From Ignicoccus islandicus DSM 13165 (GTDB lineage Archaea > Thermoproteota > Thermoprotei_A > Sulfolobales > Ignicoccaceae): a stretch of 32,000 nt of DNA. The notes beneath the pieces are model-generated. The model ran no database searches. It was not told the origin of the DNA and saw only the letters and a list, made by a program, of their open reading frames with translations. This document shows positions 18,854 to 27,935 of the stretch, one piece after another. The stretch lies in NCBI RefSeq assembly GCF_001481685.1, contig NZ_CP006867.1, positions 1,320,001 through 1,352,000 on the forward strand. Reading direction: 5' to 3'. Position numbers and translations under genes: made by a program. The first letter of the stretch is position 1. The number at the start of each line of letters is the position of its first letter.

Positions 18854-19903
18854 TCATATATATCCTTCTTTGAGCATTAGCTCGGCAGTAAGTAGGCTTA
18901 CGCCCGATGCTCCACGCAATAAGTTATGGCCGACCGCGACCATTCTAATTCTCCCGCTTTCCATAACCTCTATACGTCCCACAGTCACTGACATACCATT
19001 TCCATTATAGCGATCTAATCGAGGTTGTGGTCTATCTTCCTCTTCCCTTACTATTATAGGTGAAGGCGGAGCTGTAGGTAACGAAAGCTCTTGCGGTCTG
19101 GATCTGAATTCCACGAGAACGTCTTTAACGAGGTTAGCATCGACGCTCCTCTTGGGTTTAATATAGATGACTTCAGTATGTGAATCCAAAACTGGTACTC
19201 TAGTTGTAGTAGCCTCTATAGAGAATTTGGATGGCTTGATTTTTCCATTCTCTAGTTTCCCTAAAATCTTAACGCTCTCAACTTTCACTTTATATTCTTC
19301 TTTGGAAATATAGGGTATTATATTGTCTACTATCGAATATGCTGGAAGACCTGCGAATCCCGCACCGCTAATCGCTTGCATAGTTACAACGCTAATTTCC
19401 TCTATCCCGAACTCATCTAAGATAGGCTTTAGAGGTAGAGTTAACACGGCTGTGGTACAGTTTGGATTTTTAACGAGTTTCGCACCCCATCGCGTTTGAT
19501 ATTTCAAGAGTTCTAGATGTTCACTATTGACCTCAGGGTTCATAAGGGGAACGTCAGGTTCAAGTCTAAAGGGCGAGGCATTCGAAACGACTGGTATCCC
19601 TTTCTTGAGATACTTTAGCTCTATATCAGCTGCAACCTCACTAGGTAATGCGGAGAATATGAGATCCACCTTTTCCGTAAGTTGATCAGGATTACTTGCA
19701 TCGAAAACGACATAGTCCTTGAACTTCTCGGGGAAAGGTTTTGGTATAATCCACTTTACTACCTCTTTATATTTCTTACCAGCTGATCTCTTAGAAGCGC
19801 CTAGTGCAACCACTTCGAAATATGGATGGTTTTCGAGAAGACTCGCGAACCATTGACCGGCCATTCCAGTGGATCCTAGAACGGCGACTTTTACCTTATC
19901 CAT
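18854..19903 (-). CDS. asd: Aspartate-semialdehyde dehydrogenase
   Basis: KVAVLGSTGMAGQWFASLLENHPYFEV, NPNCTTAVLTLPLKPIL, MQAISGAGFAGLPAYSI. Confidence 0.93.
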   Translation of the reverse strand: MDKVKVAVLGSTGMAGQWFASLLENHPYFEVVALGASKRSAGKKYKEVVKWIIPKPFPEKFKDYVVFDASNPDQLTEKVDLIFSALPSEVAADIELKYLKKGIPVVSNASPFRLEPDVPLMNPEVNSEHLELLKYQTRWGAKLVKNPNCTTAVLTLPLKPILDEFGIEEISVVTMQAISGAGFAGLPAYSIVDNIIPYISKEEYKVKVESVKILGKLENGKIKPSKFSIEATTTRVPVLDSHTEVIYIKPKRSVDANLVKDVLVEFRSRPQELSLPTAPPSPIIVREEEDRPQPRLDRYNGNGMSVTVGRIEVMESGRIRMVAVGHNLLRGASGVSLLTAELMLKEGYI

Positions 19904-20012
19904 AATCTAAGACCCCATAGATCGCATAGCCTCGGAACCAATAACGTTTATTGAAAGTAATGAAATACAATAGTTAATATATCGTTTCGTGTACCGAAGG
20001 ACGGTGATCAGC

Positions 20013-20117
20013 ATGGGGGGAAGGCAAAGGACCAGTCTGTTCATGGAAAGTGCGTCTGAGAGAAGTAAAGTAGAGAAGAGATTACAAAGCAAGAAAGGTA
20101 AAGGTTCTAAGAAGTAA
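20013..20117 (+). CDS. Small basic protein (34 aa), not in the supplied ORF track
   Basis: Manual translation MGGRQRTSLFMESASERSKVEKRLQSKKGKGSKK*; preceded by GGTGATC (20003-20009), 3 nt from the ATG. Confidence 0.6.
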   Translation: MGGRQRTSLFMESASERSKVEKRLQSKKGKGSKK

Positions 20118-20186
20118 ACACGATATTTATAATTATACCCTTTAACTAATTTACTTTCTTATTACGGCCTACACGAGGTCTAAAGA

Positions 20187-21014
20187 TTGCCTAGATGTCC
20201 TTACAGGCAATTACATATCTCAATACCGAGCGATGCCCTGTCGACATACCCCTCATTAAGAGAAAAAACCTTAGTAGCTGGATTCATTGCACGAGCTATT
20301 GCAGCTTCGCGATCGGAAAGAGTTGCTATATATCATACGGCTTCAGATAACGGTTTAGATGTTCTAATCTCCATTCTGAAATATCTAGCTGAGCCTGTAT
20401 ACCTTAGGAAGAAACTCTTTCCGCTCAAACCAGAGCTTAAGTATGTGGGAATATTACCACCACTAAATATACCTAGTCTAAATGAAGGATTTAGGGATAA
20501 GGAAAGCTCAGCGCTCGTTAAAGTTGGATTAATTGTTGACTGTCGAAAGGGATCTAGAGCAATAATAGACATTGGAGAAGAAAAGGAAGTGGTAGTACAA
20601 TACGATAAATGCAGAAAAGGAAATACCGTTATGGTATTAATAAAGGAGAATGATGAGCTGGTCGTCCTCCCTAGGAAATATGGAATTTGGCATGGCACGT
20701 ATTGGGGCTATAAGGTTACAGTGTATAAAGATCTAAACAAACTTATCGATGAATACAGGAAAAAGAAGTTCAAGGTAATTGGAACCTCGAGATACGGTGA
20801 ATGGCCAGGGAGATTGAGAGAAATCATAAGACCAGACTCTAAGGTAATTATAATCTTCGGTTCACCCTCGGAAGGTTTATTAGAAAAAGTTGATGGAAAT
20901 GTGTTTGACGTTCTCGTAAACACGTTCCCTTGCCAAGGAGTTAAGTCAATTAGACTCGAAGAAGCGATTTGGAGTACGCTAGCTCTCTATTCTTCTCTTG
21001 AGTACGGATTATAG
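20187..21014 (+). CDS. SPOUT-type RNA methyltransferase, COG2106 (C9orf114-like) family
   Basis: LRVAIYHTASDN-type N-terminus, YVGILPPLNIPSLN, IDIGEEKEVVV, GSPSEGLLE...VFDVLVNTFPCQGVKSIRLEEAIWSTLALY; TTG start. Confidence 0.8.
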   Translation: MPRCPYRQLHISIPSDALSTYPSLREKTLVAGFIARAIAASRSERVAIYHTASDNGLDVLISILKYLAEPVYLRKKLFPLKPELKYVGILPPLNIPSLNEGFRDKESSALVKVGLIVDCRKGSRAIIDIGEEKEVVVQYDKCRKGNTVMVLIKENDELVVLPRKYGIWHGTYWGYKVTVYKDLNKLIDEYRKKKFKVIGTSRYGEWPGRLREIIRPDSKVIIIFGSPSEGLLEKVDGNVFDVLVNTFPCQGVKSIRLEEAIWSTLALYSSLEYGL

Positions 21015-21023
21015 AGAACGATG

Positions 21024-21097
21024 TTGGACTAACTTTGGACAAGTTTTGGACAACCTTTGGATGATCTTTGTATAAAATATTGGATACCGATTTAGAC
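21024..21097 (+). repeat. Iteron-like array of TTGGAC repeats at 11-12 bp spacing (left array)
   Basis: TTGGACTAACT / TTGGACAAGTT / TTGGACAACCT / TTGGATGATCT / TTGTATAAAAT at 21024, 21035, 21046, 21057, 21068; degenerate copies TTGGAT at 21080 and TTAGAC at 21092. Confidence 0.85.
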
Positions 21098-21279
21098 AAA
21101 CCCATACGATACTTTTCTCCCAGAACTCGTTTACCGGCTTAACTATTACATAAGAGTTTTGTATAATTTACTTTATCGAATCACTATAATGAAATGTTAA
21201 CTCGTGTAATATTTCTGAATACAACTTTCAACCTGTGAAATGTTATACAACGTACTGTACGACAATGAATACGAAAGAA

Positions 21280-21318
21280 ATCTAAGTGATGTTCAAGTCT
21301 TGTCCAAGACTTGTCCAA
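21280..21318 (-). repeat. Inverted iteron-like array of the same 11-bp repeat (right array)
   Basis: Plus-strand ATCTAA 21280, GTTCAA 21291, GTCCAA 21302, GTCCAA 21313: exact 11-bp spacing; reads TTGGACAAGTC TTGGACAAGAC TTGAACATCAC TTAGAT on the minus strand. Confidence 0.85.
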
Positions 21319-21339
21319 AGTCAATATCTTTCGAATAAT

Positions 21340-22533
21340 TCAAAGGTATTTGAGCAATTCTATTAAACGTCTATCCGCGACCCTGTATTTACTTCTCCTC
21401 TTAGATTTCGTATTGGAAACCCTTTCTACGAGTCCCTTCTTTAAGAGAGGCTCCTTTAACCTATAGTGTATCGTGCTTTTCGCAACCTCGTAGCCTTGTT
21501 CCTTTAACCATTTAGTGACGTCGCTAGGCCCGGCCTCACCGAGAATAGCCAAAGCTTTCAAGATCATTCTATCCAACTCGTCTAATTCAAACAATATTGT
21601 AGTTTCCATAGCCCTTTCGGCCTCTCTAATTGCTAACTCAATGTGTTTCTTCGTCATTTCGCCTTCTTTGGCTGCATATGTTAGTGCTCTTTGTGCAACT
21701 TTAATCGTGTCTCTTAGGATAGGGAAATGACTCCATATTTCTTCAATCCATTCTTCTCTAAATGGATAAAATTTGTTATCAGGCTTGGAATATCCCTCTA
21801 ATCTCTTTAGGAATACGTGTTTTACTTCTTGGAAATTGTATCCGGGTATACGAATTTCTATAAACTTACTTACCACATGGGGATACTTCATTCTAAAGTT
21901 TTGTAAATGGTCCGGGAGAATTGTTATTATGAAAGTAGCTTTGTTTTGGCCTTGGAGGAGTTGATCAAACCAAAAAGCTAACTGTTCGAATGAGTCCGAG
22001 AAAGCAAATCCATCAATCATAAAGATTAATGGTATTGAAGTATTATCTATAACGAAGCTTAGCGCAGATTTCAACGTATCTAGATCAACCTTTCCAAATC
22101 TCTCGAATCTCGTGAGGACGTTCTCGACGACTTGTGAAAGATATTTGAATACCTTCTCATATTCTTGGTTAACTCCTACAAAGTATATCCAGCCTGGTTT
22201 CTTGAAACCCCTTTCCAAGCCTTTGAGCATGTTATATAAGAACTTCTGTAGATTCTCATCATATGTGGTCTTTACAACGATTGGTATGTTCTTCTTTACA
22301 GATGCTTCAAGTGGTGATTTCGGATATGGTAAATCTAACTCTCTTCTCCAATAGTTCAAGAAGGTTGATTTGCCTAAGCCATAACTTCCTACAACGAATA
22401 CTCTTCCGTTCCCTTTTTCCTTAATAATTCTTTCGAAAACCAATTTCTCGAATAAGTCGTCTGGTTCATATCTCTTTACGTAAAATCTTAACATTTCTCC
22501 ATCTAGGGGTGCAGGCTCAAACCGACGTATCAA
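21340..22533 (-). CDS. AAA+ ATPase with C-terminal winged helix (distantly Orc1/Cdc6-like)
   Basis: RVFVVGSYGLGKSTFLNYW (Walker A), PLIFMIDGFAFSD (Walker B position, lacks DE), C-terminal wHTH LDRMILKALAILGEAGPSDVTKWLKEQGYEVAKSTIHYRLKEPLLKKGLVERV. Alternative Met start at 22494. Confidence 0.8.
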   Translation of the reverse strand: MIRRFEPAPLDGEMLRFYVKRYEPDDLFEKLVFERIIKEKGNGRVFVVGSYGLGKSTFLNYWRRELDLPYPKSPLEASVKKNIPIVVKTTYDENLQKFLYNMLKGLERGFKKPGWIYFVGVNQEYEKVFKYLSQVVENVLTRFERFGKVDLDTLKSALSFVIDNTSIPLIFMIDGFAFSDSFEQLAFWFDQLLQGQNKATFIITILPDHLQNFRMKYPHVVSKFIEIRIPGYNFQEVKHVFLKRLEGYSKPDNKFYPFREEWIEEIWSHFPILRDTIKVAQRALTYAAKEGEMTKKHIELAIREAERAMETTILFELDELDRMILKALAILGEAGPSDVTKWLKEQGYEVAKSTIHYRLKEPLLKKGLVERVSNTKSKRRSKYRVADRRLIELLKYL

Positions 22534-22784
22534 TTCGTAGAATTCGATAGTCCCCGTATAACAAATAGGTGTCTAAATGTAAAAACGAGGTAAGCGTAAT
22601 CTTTGGATAATTTGGACTATTCATTCCTGCAGGAATTTGGATACAACAATATTGCAGTACGACTGAAGTATTCGTACGAAAAACTGTTAGGATATTTGTA
22701 CAAGTATTATAAGTTGTCCAAACCTGCAGGAAGAAGGATCGAAAATAATTTCGCGAGGAGGGGTTCAAGGGGTTGGACGTTTCA

Positions 22785-23387
22785 ATGAATAAAGAAGGGG
22801 TTGCTAAACCTAAGCTAATAACTAGAATATTAAGAGCGATCTACCCATTACATGACGACGTTGTCGCTAAGGCATTCATTAAGGCAGGCCTGTATCGAAA
22901 GGCACTAGAACTTCTACCTCCTTATTGGAAAAGAATAGTAGACTTGGGATGTGGAACTGGAAGGACGTTTGAAGTTGTGGAAGAAGGGAAAGTAGTAGTT
23001 GGTTTGGACTTAACCTTAGATTTTCTTAAAATAGCAAAAACTCGCCATCGACAAAAACCATTTGATTTGGTATATGGCACAGCTACCCACTTACCCTTCA
23101 GATCTAACTCATTTGATGGAGTTCTAACCTATACTATGATGCATCATTTAACATATGATGAGAAGCTAAGGACCCTTAGCGAGATAGCCCGTGTAAGCGA
23201 TACATACGTCTTCGGGGAAGTAGGAAAGAAGCTTTGTTGGAGTTCGATATTATTGAAAATGATTGGTTCGAAAGGTTTGATATCCAAGGACGTTTTCGAG
23301 AAAGTCGGATTGAGAATAGAAGTTTGGGAGGATCCGAAGTCATTTTGTCTAATAATAGGAAAAGCGAGCAGATTAAGAAAGGAATAA
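22785..23387 (+). CDS. Class I SAM-dependent methyltransferase
   Basis: RIVDLGCGTGRTFEVVEEGKVVVGLDLTLDFLKIAK...LPFRSNSFDGVLTYTMMHHL. ATG at 22785 preferred over TTG at 22773. Confidence 0.85.
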   Translation: MNKEGVAKPKLITRILRAIYPLHDDVVAKAFIKAGLYRKALELLPPYWKRIVDLGCGTGRTFEVVEEGKVVVGLDLTLDFLKIAKTRHRQKPFDLVYGTATHLPFRSNSFDGVLTYTMMHHLTYDEKLRTLSEIARVSDTYVFGEVGKKLCWSSILLKMIGSKGLISKDVFEKVGLRIEVWEDPKSFCLIIGKASRLRKE

Positions 23388-23408
23388 CCGCCCTAGAGTA
23401 ATGGGAGA

Positions 23409-24422
23409 TTGGGATTGAAAACGAAGATTCTAACCTCTCACTCAGGAGGCTATCCGAGGCCTCCAGAATGGCGTAAGAGCATTGATGCTTATCAAGCCGG
23501 AAAGATAGATTACAAGGCCCTTATGCGGAATTGGGAACTCCAAACGAGCTCAGTTATATTTGAACAAATGGAAGAGAACATAGACATTCTAACCTCTGGC
23601 AACTTGTTTTGGGATGATCTATTCAGACCGTTTGCCAAAGCATGGGATGGAATGGAGCTACCTGAAGTTGGTGGATATTACAGGTTTTACGAGCTCAACT
23701 TCTATTACAAAAGGGCAATAGTCAATGGAGAAATAAGACCGACTTATCCAGTCCTATATCACGAACAGAAGTTATTAAAAGAGCTAAATGGAAGATCTTC
23801 TAAAGTAGTAGTTCCAGGTCCATTGACTTTTGCGTTGCATGTCGAAAACAAGTACTATCCGAACATTAAATCTCTTTTAAGAGATATAACCTTAGCGCTC
23901 GCAACGGAGCTTGAGATGGTTAAGGACTTCGTGGACTATATTCAAGTGGATGAACCAGCATTAGTTGATCCAGAGGTTAACGACGAGTTAAAGGGCCTTG
24001 CGATTCATTTCATTAATGAATTATCAGCGTTGACTGACGAGAAGAAGATAATAGTTAAGACCTATTTCAAACCAGCAACGGACATTTACCATCTAATAGA
24101 AGATCTGGAGGTTAGCGGGATAGGTTTCGATGCTGTAAGTTGGAATTATGAAGATATGAAGGAAACAGTATCCGAATACGGATATCCTTTCGATGTCCTA
24201 GATCTCGGTATCGGGGATGCATTAAATGTAAGACTTGAACCAGTCGAAGAAACCGTAGGTAAAGTAATAGGATTAATGGATGAAATAAAGGTTAAGGAAC
24301 TACATATCTCTCATAACTATCGACTTGATCTGCTACCCTATTCGCATATTCGAAAGAAACTGAGGAGACTTAGCGAGATAGTCATTAATCTAAGAAGACG
24401 TATTCTTGAGGAGGTGGAGTAA
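23409..24422 (+). CDS. MetE-like (UROD/MetE TIM-barrel) protein lacking the usual zinc ligands
   Basis: [25 protein letters not shown]...[13 protein letters not shown]...[10 protein letters not shown]; no H-x-C or terminal Cys ligand visible. Confidence 0.82.
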   Translation: MGLKTKILTSHSGGYPRPPEWRKSIDAYQAGKIDYKALMRNWELQTSSVIFEQMEENIDILTSGNLFWDDLFRPFAKAWDGMELPEVGGYYRFYELNFYYKRAIVNGEIRPTYPVLYHEQKLLKELNGRSSKVVVPGPLTFALHVENKYYPNIKSLLRDITLALATELEMVKDFVDYIQVDEPALVDPEVNDELKGLAIHFINELSALTDEKKIIVKTYFKPATDIYHLIEDLEVSGIGFDAVSWNYEDMKETVSEYGYPFDVLDLGIGDALNVRLEPVEETVGKVIGLMDEIKVKELHISHNYRLDLLPYSHIRKKLRRLSEIVINLRRRILEEVE

Positions 24423-24423
24423 C

Positions 24424-25458
24424 GTGAGTAACGCATATAAAATACCCAAAGTACTACCGACCACTGTTGTCGGAAGCTATCCAAAGTTTCCCGAAGCTAA
24501 GAAAGCGTTAAAATTATATGAGAAAGGCGAAATAAGTGAGGAAGAATTCGAACAACTCATTAAGGAAGCGATAAGAAAGGCAGTTGAAGACCAGATTGAA
24601 GCAGGAATAGACATAATCTCTGATGGTGAGCAAAGAAGGGAAGATATGGAAGTTTACTTTGCAGAGCGTCTTGAGGGATTCGTGGTCGGAAACAATCCTG
24701 AAGATTGGGTTAGAATATTCGATAATGTACATTATAGGAAACCCATAGTAGTTGGTAAAATTGCTTGGAAAGGACCTATGACCTTAACCGATTGGAAATA
24801 TGCAACCGAATTCTCTCAAGGGAGACCCGTAAAGGCTATAATAACCGGGCCGTATACCATGGCTGACTGGGCCTTCGATAATTACTATGGCGACAAAAGG
24901 GAACTAATAATTGATTTGGCTAAAGCTCTACAGAAAGAGCTGAAAATTCTCTACGAAGCCGGAGCTAGATTCCTTCAAGTTGACGAACCGGCCTTATCAA
25001 CCCATCCCTACAAAGACGATATTGAAATAGCAAAGGAAGCGCTTTCCATAGTCTTTAGCGGAATGGAGGATGCTAAGAAAATAGTACATATATGCCATGG
25101 AAGAGTAGAGAAGTTATTCCCAGATATTCTAGATTATCCTGTTGATCAATTCGATTTAGAATTCGTAAATAACAACTTCAAATTACTTGAGGCAATAAAG
25201 GAATATGATTACGCATCTAGCGGAAAAGAGCTCGGGTACGGAGTAATAGACATTCACTCGAAAAAGGTCGAAACTAAGGATTTCATAAAGAACGCAATTT
25301 ATAGAGTACTTGAAATTATGCCACCAGAGAAGGTCTACGTCAAACCCGATTGCGGTTTAAAAATACTGGGTGATAGGGACATAGCCTTCAAGAAAATGAA
25401 GGTGATGGTAGAAGCTACAAAGGAGGTTAGAAAGGAACTCGGGTACGACGAAAGTTAA
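24424..25458 (+). CDS. metE: Cobalamin-independent methionine synthase, core MetE (C-terminal domain type)
   Basis: [64 protein letters not shown] at 24424 with GGAGGTGG Shine-Dalgarno is the likely start. Confidence 0.88.
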   Translation: MSNAYKIPKVLPTTVVGSYPKFPEAKKALKLYEKGEISEEEFEQLIKEAIRKAVEDQIEAGIDIISDGEQRREDMEVYFAERLEGFVVGNNPEDWVRIFDNVHYRKPIVVGKIAWKGPMTLTDWKYATEFSQGRPVKAIITGPYTMADWAFDNYYGDKRELIIDLAKALQKELKILYEAGARFLQVDEPALSTHPYKDDIEIAKEALSIVFSGMEDAKKIVHICHGRVEKLFPDILDYPVDQFDLEFVNNNFKLLEAIKEYDYASSGKELGYGVIDIHSKKVETKDFIKNAIYRVLEIMPPEKVYVKPDCGLKILGDRDIAFKKMKVMVEATKEVRKELGYDES

Positions 25459-26117
25459 GCTATTTTGCTCCCATATATCTCGAGTAGCTGACACTTGTCT
25501 TTCAACTTTTTCAATCTATCTGATAGCTCAGTTAATGAAGTAACCTCTATTTCGTTCTTGCCAAATCCCATTTGGACTCTAGTTAGATCCGGACATATGT
25601 CTCCCTTTAGTACTATGTTGCAAGCATCACCGCTCAATAAACCTTCTATGTAAATACAAGTATCTCTCGTAGTCATATAAAGGAAATCAGTAATCTTCTC
25701 TATAGACTTCTTAGCTGCGAAGTGAACGTATGATGGTTTGAAAGTTAACGACTTCCTTGAAGGGATCGGCATTGAGACCCTTGCTTCAGGGTTATCTCGT
25801 AAATCAACCTCTATTTTCTCCTCATCTAGTTGAATTATCTCAGCTACGCCTTCTACAGAGACCAAGGCCCTTTGAAAAATATCGACAGCTTCCGAACCGC
25901 GTAGCGTTCTTCCCTTATAGATTACCTCTAATCCTATTATGACGTTTCTTAGTATTTCAACGTATATTGTAATAGGACTTCCGTCAAGAACTCCATCAAC
26001 TGAAATCCTTCCTACGAAATTCTCCGAACTCAGTTCTTCAATTAAATCGAGTAAGCTGTACTCTTGAGGCGAAACTCTCTTGAACCCTATGGTCTTTCCA
26101 GAACTTATGAATGGCAT
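25455..26117 (-). CDS. Uncharacterised protein of the ParA-linked cluster
   Basis: 220 aa; [38 protein letters not shown]; tight operon spacing with neighbours. Confidence 0.65.
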   Translation of the reverse strand: MPFISSGKTIGFKRVSPQEYSLLDLIEELSSENFVGRISVDGVLDGSPITIYVEILRNVIIGLEVIYKGRTLRGSEAVDIFQRALVSVEGVAEIIQLDEEKIEVDLRDNPEARVSMPIPSRKSLTFKPSYVHFAAKKSIEKITDFLYMTTRDTCIYIEGLLSGDACNIVLKGDICPDLTRVQMGFGKNEIEVTSLTELSDRLKKLKDKCQLLEIYGSKIA

Positions 26118-26123
26118 CTAATT

Positions 26124-26567
26124 TCACACCTCCTTGAGGTCTTCTATTATTTTATCGAAGTTTGGCGCGTTAGGTGATAAAATAAATAATGATACAACTG
26201 ATGAATCTTTTAAAATCAATATAAAGAGATGGTTCTGGAATTGATCCTTGCGTGTTTCAACGAAAGCCATTAACTCTTCCAATTCATCTCGGAGTGCCTT
26301 GAAGTACTGTGAATTAAAGTTCTCTATATCATTTAATAGGACTATTGAGGACTCATGTAGTACTATTCGAGGCTTTTCGTTTAAGATCTTTTCTTCTTTC
26401 GGTTTGACCTTATATCCAAGTAACTTGTATTTGAGTAATTCCTTTCTCCCATGAACCATTATTTTAGAGGTTAGTCTGCCTATTTCATCTAGTTCTTTAG
26501 CCATTTCCTCGATGACTTTCTTACTTTTCTCGATAAACTCTTCTGGACCGTGTGCAACTATTATCAT
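26124..26567 (-). CDS. Uncharacterised protein of the ParA-linked cluster
   Basis: 147 aa; 4-nt overlap with upstream ORF. Confidence 0.65.
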   Translation of the reverse strand: MIIVAHGPEEFIEKSKKVIEEMAKELDEIGRLTSKIMVHGRKELLKYKLLGYKVKPKEEKILNEKPRIVLHESSIVLLNDIENFNSQYFKALRDELEELMAFVETRKDQFQNHLFILILKDSSVVSLFILSPNAPNFDKIIEDLKEV

Positions 26568-27301
26568 ATCTTAATGACCCCCGTAACTACTTCTCGTGCC
26601 TTATTGATAAGGTTCTCATCAATTACGAAATTGATTGGTGCACAGTAAGTTGGTTTAGAAAATGTTACTATCCACTTACCTGAGCTTCCAAGGGGGTATT
26701 GGAAGGCATCCACACCGTAGATCGCACCCACTTGTTCTGGCATAGTTAGAGAGGCACCTATTATCGTTTTATTACATTTCACTACATCCAATATCCATCT
26801 ATCGTTTACTGAGACTATATTATACGCTACATCTTCTTCCGATCCTAGGAGTTCTCTAAGTTCCGAAGGTGGATCAGGAACATCGAGTAACATACTTCCC
26901 CAATTATCCGTATCTACTGAAACGGACGAAGGTTCGAATAATTGAACTACCGGTATTACCGTGCCGTTCAAAACGAGCGCTTCTCTTACTCTTATTTCTT
27001 TAACTAGTGTTAAGAGAGATTCGGGCGATTCTAGTTTTATGTAGTCTGGGTCCATCATCTCTATGAATAGTTCCTCCGAACTCATCTTTATGAACGTTAT
27101 TTCTATTTTACTTGGAATTGAAAACGCCGCCAAGTCACCTTTGAATGCTATCGCTACACCATCTGTAATGAGAATATCTAGCGGTGGCCATTTTACATTG
27201 AGTCTCCCGCTTAATCCAGCACTCCTAATTTCTTGTAGTGCTTCGAAGAGCGTATTGAATTTCTTATAGAACGTGCCACAACTCCAACAGACGTTACTCA
27301 T
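26564..27301 (-). CDS. Uncharacterised protein of the ParA-linked cluster
   Basis: 245 aa; FNTLFEALQEIRSAGLSGRLNVKWPPLDILITDGVAIAFKGD segment faintly similar in layout to PATAN/DUF4388 or DUF2226-type domains (low confidence). Confidence 0.65.
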   Translation of the reverse strand: MSNVCWSCGTFYKKFNTLFEALQEIRSAGLSGRLNVKWPPLDILITDGVAIAFKGDLAAFSIPSKIEITFIKMSSEELFIEMMDPDYIKLESPESLLTLVKEIRVREALVLNGTVIPVVQLFEPSSVSVDTDNWGSMLLDVPDPPSELRELLGSEEDVAYNIVSVNDRWILDVVKCNKTIIGASLTMPEQVGAIYGVDAFQYPLGSSGKWIVTFSKPTYCAPINFVIDENLINKAREVVTGVIKI

Positions 27302-27307
27302 GGCTTC

Positions 27308-27877
27308 CTACCCTGGGACAACCCTTTTTACACCTAATGGAGAGAGGTATTCTAATGCGATTTCCTCAATACGACTCCAAGGCACATCTTCATTACTCTC
27401 TATTCTCAAAAACGCGATCTTCTTTTTCACTTGTAGACTGAAATCCGTTATTTCAATGCCCAAAGCCTCGAGACGATAAAGCAGACCTAGTACTGCTTTT
27501 CCTAAAGCCACAATACCAGCAGAGGAAATGTAGTGAGATTCCGTGTCAAATGTAATTAGAGAGTCGGCGGTCATTTCACTCAAGCTTGAAACTTCCGGTG
27601 GAGGCGCTGAGAACAAGACCGTGACTATATCCTTATCATCGCCTATTTTTTCAAAGAACTTGGAATATTCAACTTCGTTGCCATTTATTGTGGCTTTGAT
27701 AATTTCTCCATTACACATAATTAATATGCCAGAGTTCCCTTTCTTACTATTAAGAATAGTTATTTGAGTACATACTGAAGGCAACATATTTTCAATCGCA
27801 TTACGTATACACTTCAAGCTCCCACTTGAAAGACCGTAAGGAACTTGAGAACTCATAGGTGCATTCTTCCCCATCAT
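27308..27877 (-). CDS. Uncharacterised protein of the ParA-linked cluster
   Basis: 189 aa, first gene of the four-gene minus-strand operon; divergent from 27936 ORF. Confidence 0.65.
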   Translation of the reverse strand: MMGKNAPMSSQVPYGLSSGSLKCIRNAIENMLPSVCTQITILNSKKGNSGILIMCNGEIIKATINGNEVEYSKFFEKIGDDKDIVTVLFSAPPPEVSSLSEMTADSLITFDTESHYISSAGIVALGKAVLGLLYRLEALGIEITDFSLQVKKKIAFLRIESNEDVPWSRIEEIALEYLSPLGVKRVVPG

Positions 27878-27935
27878 GATTTTATTGAAATAAAAATAAA
27901 CTTAGTCATACAGTTAGCTTAGGGGTATAACAGTT

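Noticed and set aside
20013-20117. The 34-aa ORF considered as ribosomal protein S25e because of the MGG- and KK-rich N-terminus
   Set aside because: The winged-helix body of S25e is absent, and the frame stops at 20115-20117 with no continuation in the frames read downstream.
21294-21313. CAAGTCTT-gtcc-AAGACTTG hairpin considered as a terminator
   Set aside because: The inverted repeat falls within the phased TTGGAC array and has no clear T-run; more simply explained as a by-product of adjacent repeats. Archaeal termination does not normally use such hairpins.
21024-21318. Phased repeats considered as a possible CRISPR or tandem satellite
   Set aside because: The repeat unit is 11 bp with no unique 30-40 bp spacers and the arrays are inverted relative to each other; inconsistent with CRISPR.
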